A stretch of 64,000 nucleotides of DNA from Terriglobia bacterium. GTDB taxonomy: Bacteria > Acidobacteriota > Terriglobia > 2-12-FULL-54-10. How positions within the stretch are numbered: the first letter of the stretch is position 1; every line of letters starts with the position of its first letter. A program made the position numbers and the translations under genes. The notes under the pieces were generated by a model, which was not told the DNA's origin, made no database searches, and worked only from the letters and a program-made list of their open reading frames with translations. Of the stretch, positions 50,460 through 61,877 are shown one piece after another. The stretch spans positions 608,001-672,000 of the forward strand of contig CAXVYR010000004.1 of the NCBI GenBank assembly GCA_963666975.2, in the 5' to 3' direction.

Positions 50460-53411
50460 TTATTTAAGCAAAGCCTGGTCCACCTGCACGCCCGAGGCAC
50501 CCAATGGAGTGGCACCCAATTCGAGAAGCAGATTCGCCGTAATCTCGCGCATCGCGCGCGGTTTCGCGTTAAAGGCATCCGCCAAACCCACTGTAAGGAT
50601 GTTCGACGTGATACTCAACGGCGTTTGGCCCCACTTATCCATCACGTCCATCTTGGCACCCCTGTCCACCAGAAACTGAATGATTGTATTCAATCCGCTG
50701 TATGCTGCGGCGTGCAGTGCGGTCTGGCCCACTTCGTTGGCCGCATTGACATCGGCGCCCAATTCCACAGCCAATTTGAAGGCTTCGAGAGCGCGCCTCT
50801 CCGCCGCCTCCGTGGAAGGTGTCCCAAACTCAGTTGCAGGTTGGGACGGCGGGTTGAGTTCATATTACGCCACTTCCTCCTTGTGAGAGGAAGCAGCGTT
50901 TGGACTTCGGCCGAGAATCGATGCCAAAGCCCAGAGATCGTGATAACCCATGATCTTCCGGAAATTCTTCTCGGTCAGCAGAAACGCTCCTGCCACCCAG
51001 CGCAACGTCATCTCGCCGTCGCGCCAGCGGCAAACATTGCCAGTCTTTTTCCGCACGCCCGACTGCGGGCTCTCGATGAGGTTCGTGGTTGCCAGGCAGC
51101 GGTGGAGGCTGGGAGGAACGTCGGCTCGATTGATCGTAAAGGTCTCCTCCAACCCTTCGCGCAAGCTGGCGGCTGCTGCCGGATGATCGCACTCGATCAT
51201 CCCAGCGAGCTTCTTTATGCGCACGATGCCTTCCTCGGCTTGGGGCAATCGCCAGGCGGCGCGCATCAGCGACCGCACCTGATTCGCCAGCATTTTGTCG
51301 CCCTTTGGTAACCGCTCAGCCACGTTGCGCAGCTTATGAGTACGGCAACGCTGCACCAGCTGATTGCTGCCGAATACTTCCTCGATCCCCGCGCGGAGCG
51401 CTTTGGCGCCGTCGATCACAAACAGATAGCGCTGATCCGTGCGCAGACCTTGCTGGCGCAGGCGGGTGAGAAGGTCTTTCACCGCAGCGGCGTTTTCGGT
51501 CGCGCCCAGTTGAATCCCCAGCACATGCTTGCGGCCCTCGCTGTCCACGCCCACGGCGCTGATGACGTGGTGGGAGCCGAACCGCATTCCGTCCAGGTAA
51601 ATCACCAGAATCTCGACCTCCTCCCAGCGCCGCGCCAACAGTTCTTCCAGCCGCCGCGCTCCTTGCTCGGCCGCTTCCCGGCTCACCTGAGACTTCGACA
51701 CCCCAGCGCTGTTGGCCATCTCCGGGATCACCTCGCGGTAGTTCCGCGTCGAAACCCCTTTCAACAGTGCCTCGAACATCTCCTCGCCCGTCTTCTCGCT
51801 TTTCCGCAGCGCTTCGTAGGCCGGCACCGCTTCTTCCCCTCCGCCCTTCCGGCGCAGCCGGGGCCGCTCCACCCGCAGCTGGCGATCGGCCAGTTTCACC
51901 CTCCCCAATTGCCGGCCATGCCAGCGCACCTCTCCGCTCGCCTTCCCGGGACTCTTTGGCCCCGCGATTTGCTCTGCGCTCATGCTCAGAATCGTTTCAA
52001 TCAAACCTCGCCCGGCCCGATCAATCACCTCATCCACCGCCAGACGCGCCTCCGTGATCAGATCCACCACCGGCAACAGCATCTGTCCGTTGGTTTGGCA
52101 AAACTTCTGGATGGTTTCTTCGGCTCCCTTGGAACCCAGTTCCAAAACGTGATATTTTCCCTTCATTCGGCGGTTCTCCTTCTATAGGATTTAGGCTTGG
52201 CCCGATTCTATTCGATTCGGGCCGAACCGCCGTTCAACCTTCAACTATGTATGGGACACCCTCCCTCCGTGTATATTCGATAGTTATTTGGATTTACGTC
52301 GTTATGCTCAGTCGCAGCGCCCCCTCCCGCCGCCAGAAGCAGCGATGTGGTATTGTCCTCCATTGCCAACAAAGGATCGGCGCCGCTGGTCGCCAGGACA
52401 CGCATGACGCCGGTGTTGTTGTTCATGGCTGCCAGCAAAAAAGGGGTTGCGCCAACTAGGACTATGCCTCCGATTGCAGGCACGTCCTTCCCGAGTCGAG
52501 CGTTCGGATTCGCTCCATGTGCCAGGAGCGCCTTCACCAATTCCTCCATGGTCCGGGAGGTGATGATTATAGCCCCTTGATATCTGCGGCCCAGGTTCTG
52601 CCCCGACGCCGCATAGTGTAGAGCAGTAAACCCTTTTCCGTCGACCGTCGCGTTCGGGTCCGCGCCTTTGTCCAGCAGAAATACGGAAAGCGCTTCGTGT
52701 CCGCTGGAGCTCGCCACCAGTAAGGCGCTCATGCCGTCCGGCGCGGCCTCATTCACATTCGCTCCCGTTGCCAGTAGTATCTGGGCAGAGTCCAGATCGC
52801 CCTGCTGGGCAGCAAACAGCAACGGGGAAAAACCGCCTTTCGAACGGGCATGAACATCCGCTCCGTGCTCGATCAACGGTCGCGCGACATCCGGGTGTTT
52901 TCTTGCCAAAGCCCACATTAGTGCCGTTTGCCCCCCCTGATTTTCTGCCGCGTTTGGGTCCGCTCCGTTAGCCAGCAGCGACTTCACCGCCTTCACGCTT
53001 CCGGTGTCCGCGGCCGCCATGAGCGGCGTTTCTCCTAACGGCAGGGCGGCGTTCGGGTTTGCCCCGGCGCTCAACAGCTTCTCGACCATGACAGCGTTCC
53101 CATTGCGGCAAGCTAGCCATAGAGGAGTGGCGCCATAGTCGTTCCTTGCATTCACGTTTGCGCCGGCATGAATTAGAAGTTCCGCCGTTTCCAGATCATC
53201 CAGGTGGACCGCCCATGCCAGTGCTGTCGCGCCATCCGCACCCGAGCGCATTTACATCGCTGTGGTGCTGTAGCAGGGAGCGGACGGCCTCCTTATCTCT
53301 CTTCTTAACCGAATCAATCAGCCGAAGATCGCTGCTGGCGGCAGCTAGGCTGGCGACTGAAAGCAGAGTTACTATACACCAGACACCAAAAAGCCTAATT
53401 TCAGCACCCAT
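50460..53411 (-). pseudogene. Secreted ankyrin-repeat protein, split by IS256 and frameshifted near 53245
   Basis: Signal peptide; repeated GxTAL/GADVNA ankyrin units; removing the IS and one TSD rejoins ...YTE-AAERRALEAFKLAVELGAD... Confidence 0.88.
50815..52263 (-). mobile_element. IS256-family element; transposase 50865-52166
   Basis: TIRs GAAGGTGTCCCA../GAGGGTGTCCCA.., 8-bp TSD CCTCCGTG; GVSTR, YLDG, IDG, QRC..HK, TTNLIES motifs. Confidence 0.95.
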
Positions 53412-53659
53412 CCTCGGTTTCTCCCTTCGCGGAATTGCTCTCTAAAAACCCGACAAGAAATTTTCGCAGGATCACAATTCGTTCAAATAAAGGCCACCCG
53501 TTTTTTAACAACGAGCTATTGACTGGGTGGAAAGATATCGAATTGGAGCCTGTACGGCTTACTTTGCCGGCGCATCAGCGCCACGCATTGCTATAATTGC
53601 AACCATCGCCCCAAATCTAATCCCACATGCGGAAAAGAAGCCAAGTCCTTCACCACCAT

Positions 53660-55015
53660 TTACACTGCGAGGAGGTTCAGCTTTCCAGTGCTGTCGCCGA
53701 ATTTCTCCACTGGAATCCCTAACATGTCAATCATGGTCAAATACAAATTGGTCATCGGGGTACCCTTTGGATACCGGAGGTGACGGCCTCCTTTGATCTG
53801 ACCTGATCCCCCACCCACTAACAGGGTGGGTAGGTCCGTAGGTATATGCTGGTTACCGTCGCTCAGACCGGCACCATAAACGATCATTAAATGATCCAGC
53901 AGGGAGCCATCGCCGTCAGGCGTAGATCGCAGCCTTTCCAGGAAATAGGCGAACATCTTGGTATGAAAGATGTTGATCTGGAGCGCCTTCGCGATCTTCT
54001 CGGGGTCGCCCTGGTGGTGCGTCAACGGCTGGTACGGATCCCAAATGCCAAGGTCGGGATAGGCCTGAGCGCTCATTTCGTGTCCTACCATGAGGGTGCT
54101 GACGCGGGTCAGGTCGGTCTGATAAGCCAACACCTGCAATTCAAACAGCAACTTAATGTGCTCTGTAAAAGTTGCAGGGATCCCACCAACGGGTCGCTGG
54201 AAGTTCGGCAACTCCCGGGAGGATTGTTCCTCGGCCATCTGGATGCGCCGCTCGACATCTCGAACGGCATCGATATACTGGTTGACCTTGGTACGGTCGC
54301 TGGGGCCGAGATCGCTCAAGAGCCGAGCCACATCTCGGGTCATGAAGTCGAGAATACTGCGCCTCTCCTGGATTCGGGCGAGCTGGCTGGCACGATCCGT
54401 ACTCTCACTGTCCCCGAACAGACGTTCGAACACCACGCGCGGTTGGTTCTCCATCGGCAGCGGCGTCGTGGCATTGCGCCAGCAGATCGTGTTGTGGTAG
54501 GCACAGCTGTAGTTGGCATTGCATGCGCCCACAACCTCGCTGGATTCTATGCCGAGCTCAAGCGACCCGAGTTGGGTATACTTTTGGAGTTCCTTCGCAA
54601 CGATCTGGTCTGCAGATATTCCCGCGACAACATCAGCGCCTCCCGTCGGCTTCGGGTGAACACCCGTAAGGTATGCGCCGCTGGCGCGCGGATGCTCTCC
54701 CACAGGTTCCCCCGGCAGCCCAAGAGCTTCGTTGGAGTCGAGGCCGCTCAGTACGAGAAGCTGATCCCGAAATGGAGCCAGCGGTTCCAGAATCGGAGTC
54801 ATCGCGAAAGCAGCGCCCTCTGTTGCCGGCGTCCATTGATTCATAAGTATCCCGTTCGGAACATAGACGAATGTCATGCGGGTCGCAGACTGGGGCGCCG
54901 TGTCGATCGTGCTGGCGAATGCTGGAATCATTCCTTCCAGCAGCGGGATAGCCAACGTTGTTCCCATCCCGCGCAAAAACGTGCGTCGAGGGATAGCTTT
55001 CTTGAAGATCATCAT
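53660..55015 (-). CDS. DUF1552 (HXXSHH) family protein
   Basis: Tat-like RRTFLRG; FVYVPNG, DLTRVST, QPLTHH, DGDGSLLD; start overlaps the upstream stop (ATGA). Confidence 0.88.
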   Translation of the reverse strand: MMIFKKAIPRRTFLRGMGTTLAIPLLEGMIPAFASTIDTAPQSATRMTFVYVPNGILMNQWTPATEGAAFAMTPILEPLAPFRDQLLVLSGLDSNEALGLPGEPVGEHPRASGAYLTGVHPKPTGGADVVAGISADQIVAKELQKYTQLGSLELGIESSEVVGACNANYSCAYHNTICWRNATTPLPMENQPRVVFERLFGDSESTDRASQLARIQERRSILDFMTRDVARLLSDLGPSDRTKVNQYIDAVRDVERRIQMAEEQSSRELPNFQRPVGGIPATFTEHIKLLFELQVLAYQTDLTRVSTLMVGHEMSAQAYPDLGIWDPYQPLTHHQGDPEKIAKALQINIFHTKMFAYFLERLRSTPDGDGSLLDHLMIVYGAGLSDGNQHIPTDLPTLLVGGGSGQIKGGRHLRYPKGTPMTNLYLTMIDMLGIPVEKFGDSTGKLNLLAV

Positions 55016-58000
55016 GGCTCTTCCGGCCTCCTCATCTGAAATGGAGTGCTGTTGACTATTCCCAAAACTAGCTCCGACCACCGGTAGTCGCGGGCAGCGA
55101 CCTCCCTTGTGATCTTGCGGATGGCTGGAAAGTCGTAATACTCGACTCCCCGGCCGAGGGCGTAAGTGAGAAGTTTTTCCGTGAGGGTAGTGACAAAATC
55201 TTCGCGACGGCTCAGCAATATTTGCCGGAGCTCCGCAGGACCTTGAAACTTGGTGCCGTCGGGCAGCACCCCGGACGCATCAATAGGAGTGTTCGCCACG
55301 CCGCTGGTGGTCCGCCACCTGCCGATCGCGTCATAGGTTTCGAGCGCGAAGCCCAACGGGTCCATCAGTCGGTGGCAACTTGCGCAGACGGGATTCTTGC
55401 GGTGCTGTTCCATGCGCTCGCGCATTGTGAGGGCCTTGGCATCATTGTCTTCCTTCAATGATGGCACGTTCGCTGGCGGCGGCGGGGGTGGCGTACCCAA
55501 AATGTTTTCGAGCAGCCACTTGCCGCGTATCGTCGGGGCTGTCCTGGTGGCATACGACGTCACTGTCAGAATGCTGCCATGGCCCAGCAACCCTCTCCGA
55601 TTTTCATCGCTCAACGTCACGCGCCGAAACGTGCTGCCGTGAATATTCGGGATCTGATAATGCCGGGCCAAACGTTCGTTGAGGAACGTATAATTCGCGT
55701 CCAATAAATCCAGCACGCTCCGATCCTCGCGCACAATGCTTTCGAAGAAAAGCTCCGTCTCTCGCTGGAATGCCTCCCGCAGGTTGTCGTCGAACTCGGG
55801 AAAGACTGTACGTCGTCAGATAATGTTGGACACAGAGCATAAAAAGATAAGGTGGCGTTCAGGCTCCTCTGGGTTGATGTTAGGCTGCCCTTCTTTTGAA
55901 GTGCAACCGTTTTCTTAAGATCATAGTTTTCTCTTTGATGCGATCCCGTTTTTGCAGGATGGCACTGCCTTGGCCTGTAAAAACGTCATACGGTGTCAGG
56001 TTGTTCAGGCTTTCATGGTATCGGTTGGTGTTGTAGTGGTTGACGAAGGCATCGATCTGCCGCTCCAGCTCTTCTGGCAGGTAATAGTTGTTGAGCAGGA
56101 TGCGGTCTTTCAGAGTTCGGTGCCAGCGTTCGATCTTGCCCTGCGTCATGGGGTGATAGGGCTTGCCGCGAGTATGCGGCACGCTGTTTTCTGCCAGCCA
56201 TGATTGCAGTTCGGAAGAGACGTAGCACGGCCCGTTGTCGCTCAGGAGGCGAGGTCTGTGCCGGGCGCCCACGCGGTCGAGGCCGGTGGCTTGCAAAGCA
56301 TCCCGCAACGTGGCCGAGACGTCACTTGCGCTCATGGTTTTGCACAGCCGCCAGGCGATGATATAGCGCGAGAAGTCGTCCAGCACCGTGGACAGGTAGA
56401 ACCAGCCCCAACCGATGACTTTCAGGTAGGTGAAGTCGGTCTGCCAGAGCTGGTTGACCGCCGTGGTCGGGTTGGCGAACCGTTCCGCCGCTTTCAGGAC
56501 AATAAAGGCTGGCGCGGTAATCAGGTCATGGCTTTTCAGGACGCGGTAAACCGTCGATTCAGAAAGGTAATACCGCCTTTCCTCGGTAAAACGCACCGCC
56601 AGCTCGCGTGACGACAGATCGGGCTCGGCCAGGGCTAACGTCACCAACTGCTGAGTTATCTCCTCCGGCACCTTGTTCCAGACAGGGCCAGGATCGGGTT
56701 TTTTGTCTTCCAGCCCATCAAAGCCTTCCGACACATAGCGGTCGTACCAGTTGTAAAACGTCGATCTGGGAATGCCAACCTGCTGCAGCGTCCGGCGCAC
56801 CCCCAGGGCAGATTGCTCCACCGTGCAGATGATCTCCAGCTTCTCCGAGGCAGGGTATCTCATGTATGTTCCTCCCCATCCCCGATCACGCTTTTTTTTA
56901 GCAGGCGATTTTCCAGCATAGCCTCGGCCAGGGCCTCTTTCAGCTGTACGGCCTGCTCCCGCAGAGTCTTGACTTCGCCACTGGTTGCCTCACGGTCTAT
57001 GTCGCCCGCCAGCCGCTTGCGGCCAGCCTCCAGAAACTCCTTGCTCCAGCGGTAATACTGGTTCTGGTGCAGCCCCTCGCGGCGGCACAGCTCCGCGATG
57101 CTGTCCTCGCCGCGAAGTCCCTGCAATACAATGCGGATTTTGTCTTCCGGGCTGAACCTGCGCCGCGTCCTGCGTTTGATCTCCCGGACGGCCTTCTCGA
57201 CCGCCCCCCTGTCGTCTTGTTTTTGTCTCATCTTCGTTCCTTTCAGTCTCTACGATGAGCCAAAAACATCACCTTAACTATTACCCTCTACCTGTCCAAC
57301 AAGCCCTGACGGGGCACAGGGAAAGACATCTGGATCCGGATACACCGAATCCATGTTGCGCAGGTATAGCCACTGTCCGGCAAAATTGCTCACCAGCGCC
57401 TCCGAGCGAGAATCGCCGAGCATACGCCTAACCTGCTCTTCCAGTACCGCAGGATCTTTGAGCTTACCGCGTTCGGCCCAGTCTAAAAGCTCCTCGTCAG
57501 GTATGCTGCTCCACAGGAAAAAAGACGAACGGGAGGCCAGTTCGAGGTCGCTGATGCCATAAGCGTTACCCGGCGCCACGTTCGCCGGGTCGCGTTCGAC
57601 GCGGAACAGGAACCCTGGACTAACCAGCATTCCCTGGAGGGCCATCCTGATTCCTGCTTCGAACCCTCCTTTGCTTTGGCCAGCCTTGTAGAGGCTCAAT
57701 AGAGGCTGTACATCTTCGTCAGTTACAGGCCGGCGATAAGCGCGACGCGCTAGCGTGGAGAGAATCTTCTTGGCGCAGGGCTCTGCGTCTCCGCTGTCGG
57801 CTGGGCGGCACACAAAAATCTTGCGGCGACTGGGTGTGTCCCCCGGCCCTTCTGGATCGTAGGGCCCAGCGATCATGACACTGCCCACGCCCTCCCGCGA
57901 TTCCTTCCCCAACCTAGCGTTCCGCTCAAGTGCACCTTCAGGTTTCACAGTTCCTTTCAAGAACGTGACCCCAACCAGATGCGGACCCGCTTTCGCCGGG

Positions 58001-58935
58001 AAGCGGACCTCTATGCCGTCATCCGCCGTGCGCTCGTATTTCTCCTGTTCGGGGTCTCCGATTGCTTGGCCTCCACCGGACTTGCCCTTGCGCTCGCCTC
58101 CAACCGTAAATAGCATGATCCTTGAGCCATCCAAGCGGACATCGATCAGCTTCGGCTCCGCGATGCCGACGATAATCCCATCATTATGGGAAGATCTTTG
58201 CAGGCGAACTGTGATGATGTACTCGCCGTCCAGCGGGAAGTAATGGCGAAACGCGATTCCGCCGCGCGACCCGAACGGCAAATCTTCGCTCATGCGGTCC
58301 TCTTGCACAAGGCGCTGGGGGACATCGTACGTCTTGAGCGCCGGTGACATAGAGGCATCCCCAACGGCTAGACGAGAGATCTTCTCTGCTGCTGACAGGT
58401 ATCTTTCCAGCAGCGCCGGCGAGACCGTGAGATTTTCCCCGATGTTGTCAAAGCCGTAGCCTGCCGAATCGTCGCCGGGAAGAAGAGATCTGCCATTGAT
58501 CTCAAGCGCAAGCAAGTCGCGGATTGCGTTGGTGTATTCGGTTCGATTCAGGCGATGGATGACTGCCCTGCCGGGATTGGGATTGGCCTTGGCAGCGCGG
58601 TCGAGCTCAGTCTCCAGGTACGTGGCGAAGGAGTCATAAGTGGCCTCATCAGGCCGCGGCATGCCGGCGGGGGGCATCGCTCCGGTCCGTAGTTTACGAA
58701 TAACCTTTTCCCAAACCTCCGCGCGCGCGGGAACATTCTCGAGGTCCATCTTGTCAAGCATCAGTTCCGCTGTTCGTAAATTTTCATTATGGCAGGTGAC
58801 ACAGTAGCGGTTGAGAACTGAACGGTATGGCGAGGTTGGCGCGGCAACACGGCTCGACAATTCTTGTGCAGGCGCATCCAGGTAGCTACCCGCAACCAGC
58901 GCGATTGTGGCCCAGGCCAGAATCGTTCTTAGCAT
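55012..58935 (-). pseudogene. Cytochrome c / DUF1587-1595-1592-1588-1585 (PSD) protein, split by an IS
   Basis: CVTCH and CASCH heme motifs, MPP, RLNRTEY, RAYRRP, ELASR.SFFLWSS.PD, RGKW, YALGR; removing the IS rejoins PDVFP-EFDDNLR. Confidence 0.9.
55807..57318 (-). mobile_element. IS3/IS481-like element; orfA 56860-57231, orfB 55880-56863
   Basis: TGT...ACA ends with matching TIRs, 9-bp TSD GGGAAAGAC; HTH orfA; rve motifs WQTDFT, SDNG, GKIER; A8 run near the end of orfA. Confidence 0.93.
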
Positions 58936-58995
58936 AGATACCCGCCTCCTGCCTTGAGTTGTCCAAGTGTACCAGATGAAAATTGCACTAGGCAA

Positions 58996-59143
58996 GGTGC
59001 TTCCGCAATCGACTGTTGGTGCGATCAGCATAACCCTATAATGTTCAATATGTTGCTGGAAGAAATGGCCTTAGTAGTTCTGAAGCGTGGCAAATATAGA
59101 ATCAGCCAATTTGTTGTTGGAGATAGGAATGCGCTAACAACAC
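58996..59143. mobile_element. Second, right-end-truncated copy of the GGTGCTTCCGCAATC MITE
   Basis: Aligns by eye over about 148 bp with the copy starting at 50254, same orientation. Confidence 0.8.
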
Positions 59144-59235
59144 TACCGCATCCTGTACCCCAGAATCAGTTTCATAACCACAGGCTGTGATGTGAACGCT
59201 CTCAGTCACCCTGGCACAATAATTCGGTCTGGTCA

Positions 59236-61563
59236 CTAGAAGTCGAACGAGTAGGTGAGCTTGAGCTGTAGGGAGCGATCCTTCTGACCGCCGAACACGC
59301 CCGCAATTTGGCGGCCTTCGTTATCGAACACGCTCCGGCGGCCTTCATTATAAACCAGGAAGAGATCGTCACCGGGCCGGAAGATGTAGTTCAGGCGGAA
59401 GTTGATCCCGGCAAAGGAGTCCACGTTGTTGTACTGAATGGTAGTCCCGGTGAGCCATTGATTGTTGAAATTGTAATTGATGCGAAAATTCGCGACGTGC
59501 TGAATGAAGCTGGTTTGGCCAAAGGTAATATCATTGATCCTATAATTCAGCTCGAATGAGAGGTTGTCGGTCAGTTTCAGTTTCGGCTGGACCCTCCATT
59601 CTATTAGATCACCGCCGAAGTATCCGGGATTCGGTGTGACACTTATGTTTCCGGAAAGCCTTCTTGCCGGATTGGCGCTGTACTGATACCGCACGTACCA
59701 CCAGCCGTAGTCACCCCGAGGAACCACCACTTCCGGCACACCCGGGGGCACATCCGGGCGAAACAGTTCGCTCAGCCTCTCAAAACGGTAGTGAGGGGAA
59801 ACCTGAACGGAGTCGCCGCTCTGGAAATGTACTTGGATCGTGTAATGATTGCGCCGCCTATCGAACTCCCAGTCGCTATTGGTAACGTAATCGAATCGGG
59901 TCCGCAGTTCGATTTGGCGGATGGGACCACTTCTCGGACGGGGCTTGAGTTGCAGGGTGGGAGTCACACGCCGTATGTTTGTTTGGTTAATAAATCCCAG
60001 ATCATCCCGGAAATTGGGTTCAATGAAAACGTAGTCCAGGCCCGTCGACAAAAAATCACTGTTCCACCGGATCGTGCCGCTGCTGACCCAGTTTTGTTCC
60101 GTGTTCCCCGGTTGTTGCGATTTGGCCCACAGGCCTGCCACGCGTAAATATTTGTAGAAGTTGAAGTTCGCGTCAACACCGTAGACCCGGTTGAAATCCG
60201 CTGTGCCCCCGAGCTCTCTATTCAGAAAAAACCCCCCAACAGTGGAACGGGCCAGTACATTGCGTTTGACCCTGACCACGCTGTAATTGCTCGCGGGAAC
60301 GCTAAAATTTTCCGACTCGTCCAAGGGATCGGTCTGGACACTCATCAAGCCCAGGGTGAAGCCCTGTAGATTACCGGTGATGCGGGCTCCAGCGTTGATG
60401 GGCACAGGTTGTCCCTTGCTAAGGCCGATCCGTCGGCTGTGAAATAACTTCATGTCGGTGGTGCCTTCGGCTCTGGACAGGCCAAATTCAAAGATACCCG
60501 CCCCCTCCAGGAAAAACTCTCTCTTTTCAGCGAAGAAAAGCGGGAAGCGGTCCAGGTTCACCCGCTGATCATCGACTTCAGTCTGGGCAAAGTCGGTCCG
60601 CCAGGTCATGTCCGCCGTGAGGCCCGGCGTGATCCGATATTTCAAAACTTCTATCCCGATGTCGGAGGCGTTGCGGAACGTGCTTCGGAATGGATCGGTG
60701 GCTCCGGGTATTGGATTCAGCCTGCGCTCGTTGACAAAACCTCCTAACACGTAGGGCTTGATTCGCAGCGTCAGTCCCGCATCGATCTCCTCTATCCCTT
60801 CCAGATGCCCTCCCTGTGAGATGTTTTCCAGATCGAATCCGCGATGGAAGCTGTTCCAGTAAGAAAACTCATTTTTCCGCCGAATCACTCGCTCCAGGTC
60901 TAATCCCCAGCCTTGCCCGTCTTCTTCACTCACTCGCAGGCTCTTGAAGGGGATGGCGAACTCCGCCGTCCAACCCGCCGGGCTCACCTGGGAAGCTACA
61001 TCCCACTTCTCGTCCCAGTTTTCGTTCACATCGTTCCCTTCGTCGGTAATCATGGCGTCATATTGGGTGCCCAGTGGATTCGTGCGGAACAGGAAAGCAT
61101 TGCGGTGGTCGTGAAAGGTATCGAGCACGAGGGTGATGGTGTCGTCGTTTACCAGATTGTTGTCCCGCCGCCGCTCGGTAGCCAGTATTCCGTCGGCGCC
61201 GGCGTCATAGCAGATGACCCCAACGTATAAGGTCGTGGCCGTGTAGAGGACGCGGAACTCCGTCCTTTCCGTGGAGGCTTCACCCTCCTGCGGATCTTTC
61301 TGAACGAATCCCAGGGAGACCTGAGCTTGCTGCCATGCCGGCTCGTCGAGGCTCCCGTCCACATCCACCGGCAGTTCGATCTGAATCGCAGTGATGGTTC
61401 TTTTGCCGTGGGCCCCGGCTGCAATCTGGAGACCGCTCTGGGCGTGACTGGGAAATGCAGCGAGTGCGGAAAGCAGCGTAAGGATAAACAGAAGAAGCCA
61501 TCGATGCAGGCTGGTGTTTCGCGCTGACAGAGCCTCATTCTTTTCAAACACCATTGGCTGCAA
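59236..61563 (-). CDS. CBM9-like/DUF5916 family exported protein (possible outer-membrane protein)
   Basis: Signal peptide; VDGSLDEPAW, GWTAEFAIPF, DFAQTEVD, RFPLFFAEKREFFLEG, LFHSRRIG; C-terminal KLTYSFDF; start uncertain. Confidence 0.8.
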   Translation of the reverse strand: MQPMVFEKNEALSARNTSLHRWLLLFILTLLSALAAFPSHAQSGLQIAAGAHGKRTITAIQIELPVDVDGSLDEPAWQQAQVSLGFVQKDPQEGEASTERTEFRVLYTATTLYVGVICYDAGADGILATERRRDNNLVNDDTITLVLDTFHDHRNAFLFRTNPLGTQYDAMITDEGNDVNENWDEKWDVASQVSPAGWTAEFAIPFKSLRVSEEDGQGWGLDLERVIRRKNEFSYWNSFHRGFDLENISQGGHLEGIEEIDAGLTLRIKPYVLGGFVNERRLNPIPGATDPFRSTFRNASDIGIEVLKYRITPGLTADMTWRTDFAQTEVDDQRVNLDRFPLFFAEKREFFLEGAGIFEFGLSRAEGTTDMKLFHSRRIGLSKGQPVPINAGARITGNLQGFTLGLMSVQTDPLDESENFSVPASNYSVVRVKRNVLARSTVGGFFLNRELGGTADFNRVYGVDANFNFYKYLRVAGLWAKSQQPGNTEQNWVSSGTIRWNSDFLSTGLDYVFIEPNFRDDLGFINQTNIRRVTPTLQLKPRPRSGPIRQIELRTRFDYVTNSDWEFDRRRNHYTIQVHFQSGDSVQVSPHYRFERLSELFRPDVPPGVPEVVVPRGDYGWWYVRYQYSANPARRLSGNISVTPNPGYFGGDLIEWRVQPKLKLTDNLSFELNYRINDITFGQTSFIQHVANFRINYNFNNQWLTGTTIQYNNVDSFAGINFRLNYIFRPGDDLFLVYNEGRRSVFDNEGRQIAGVFGGQKDRSLQLKLTYSFDF

Positions 61564-61877
61564 GGTGGTTTTTTTAGTCTGATAAATGGTTATGTCCCCC
61601 CCTCGCCATCCCGGACGAAGTGGAGCATCCTAGTCGGAATCGCCGTTTTCAAGTCTGCCTTCTGCAGATCATACACCAGCCACCCTCTTATATCCAGTTC
61701 AGATTGTCATGGACGTGGCAGCGCAGCTCGTTTTGGCCGTTTTGCCGATTTGTCTGTTGTTCTCATGAAGAATGTAGTGTTGCTGAAACTAACATCAATA
61801 TTGAGGTTAGCAGAAGGTTTTTTCTCCGATTTCAAACCGGGAATGCGGGCTAAACGGGCATTCGTGATACCGTTTGT

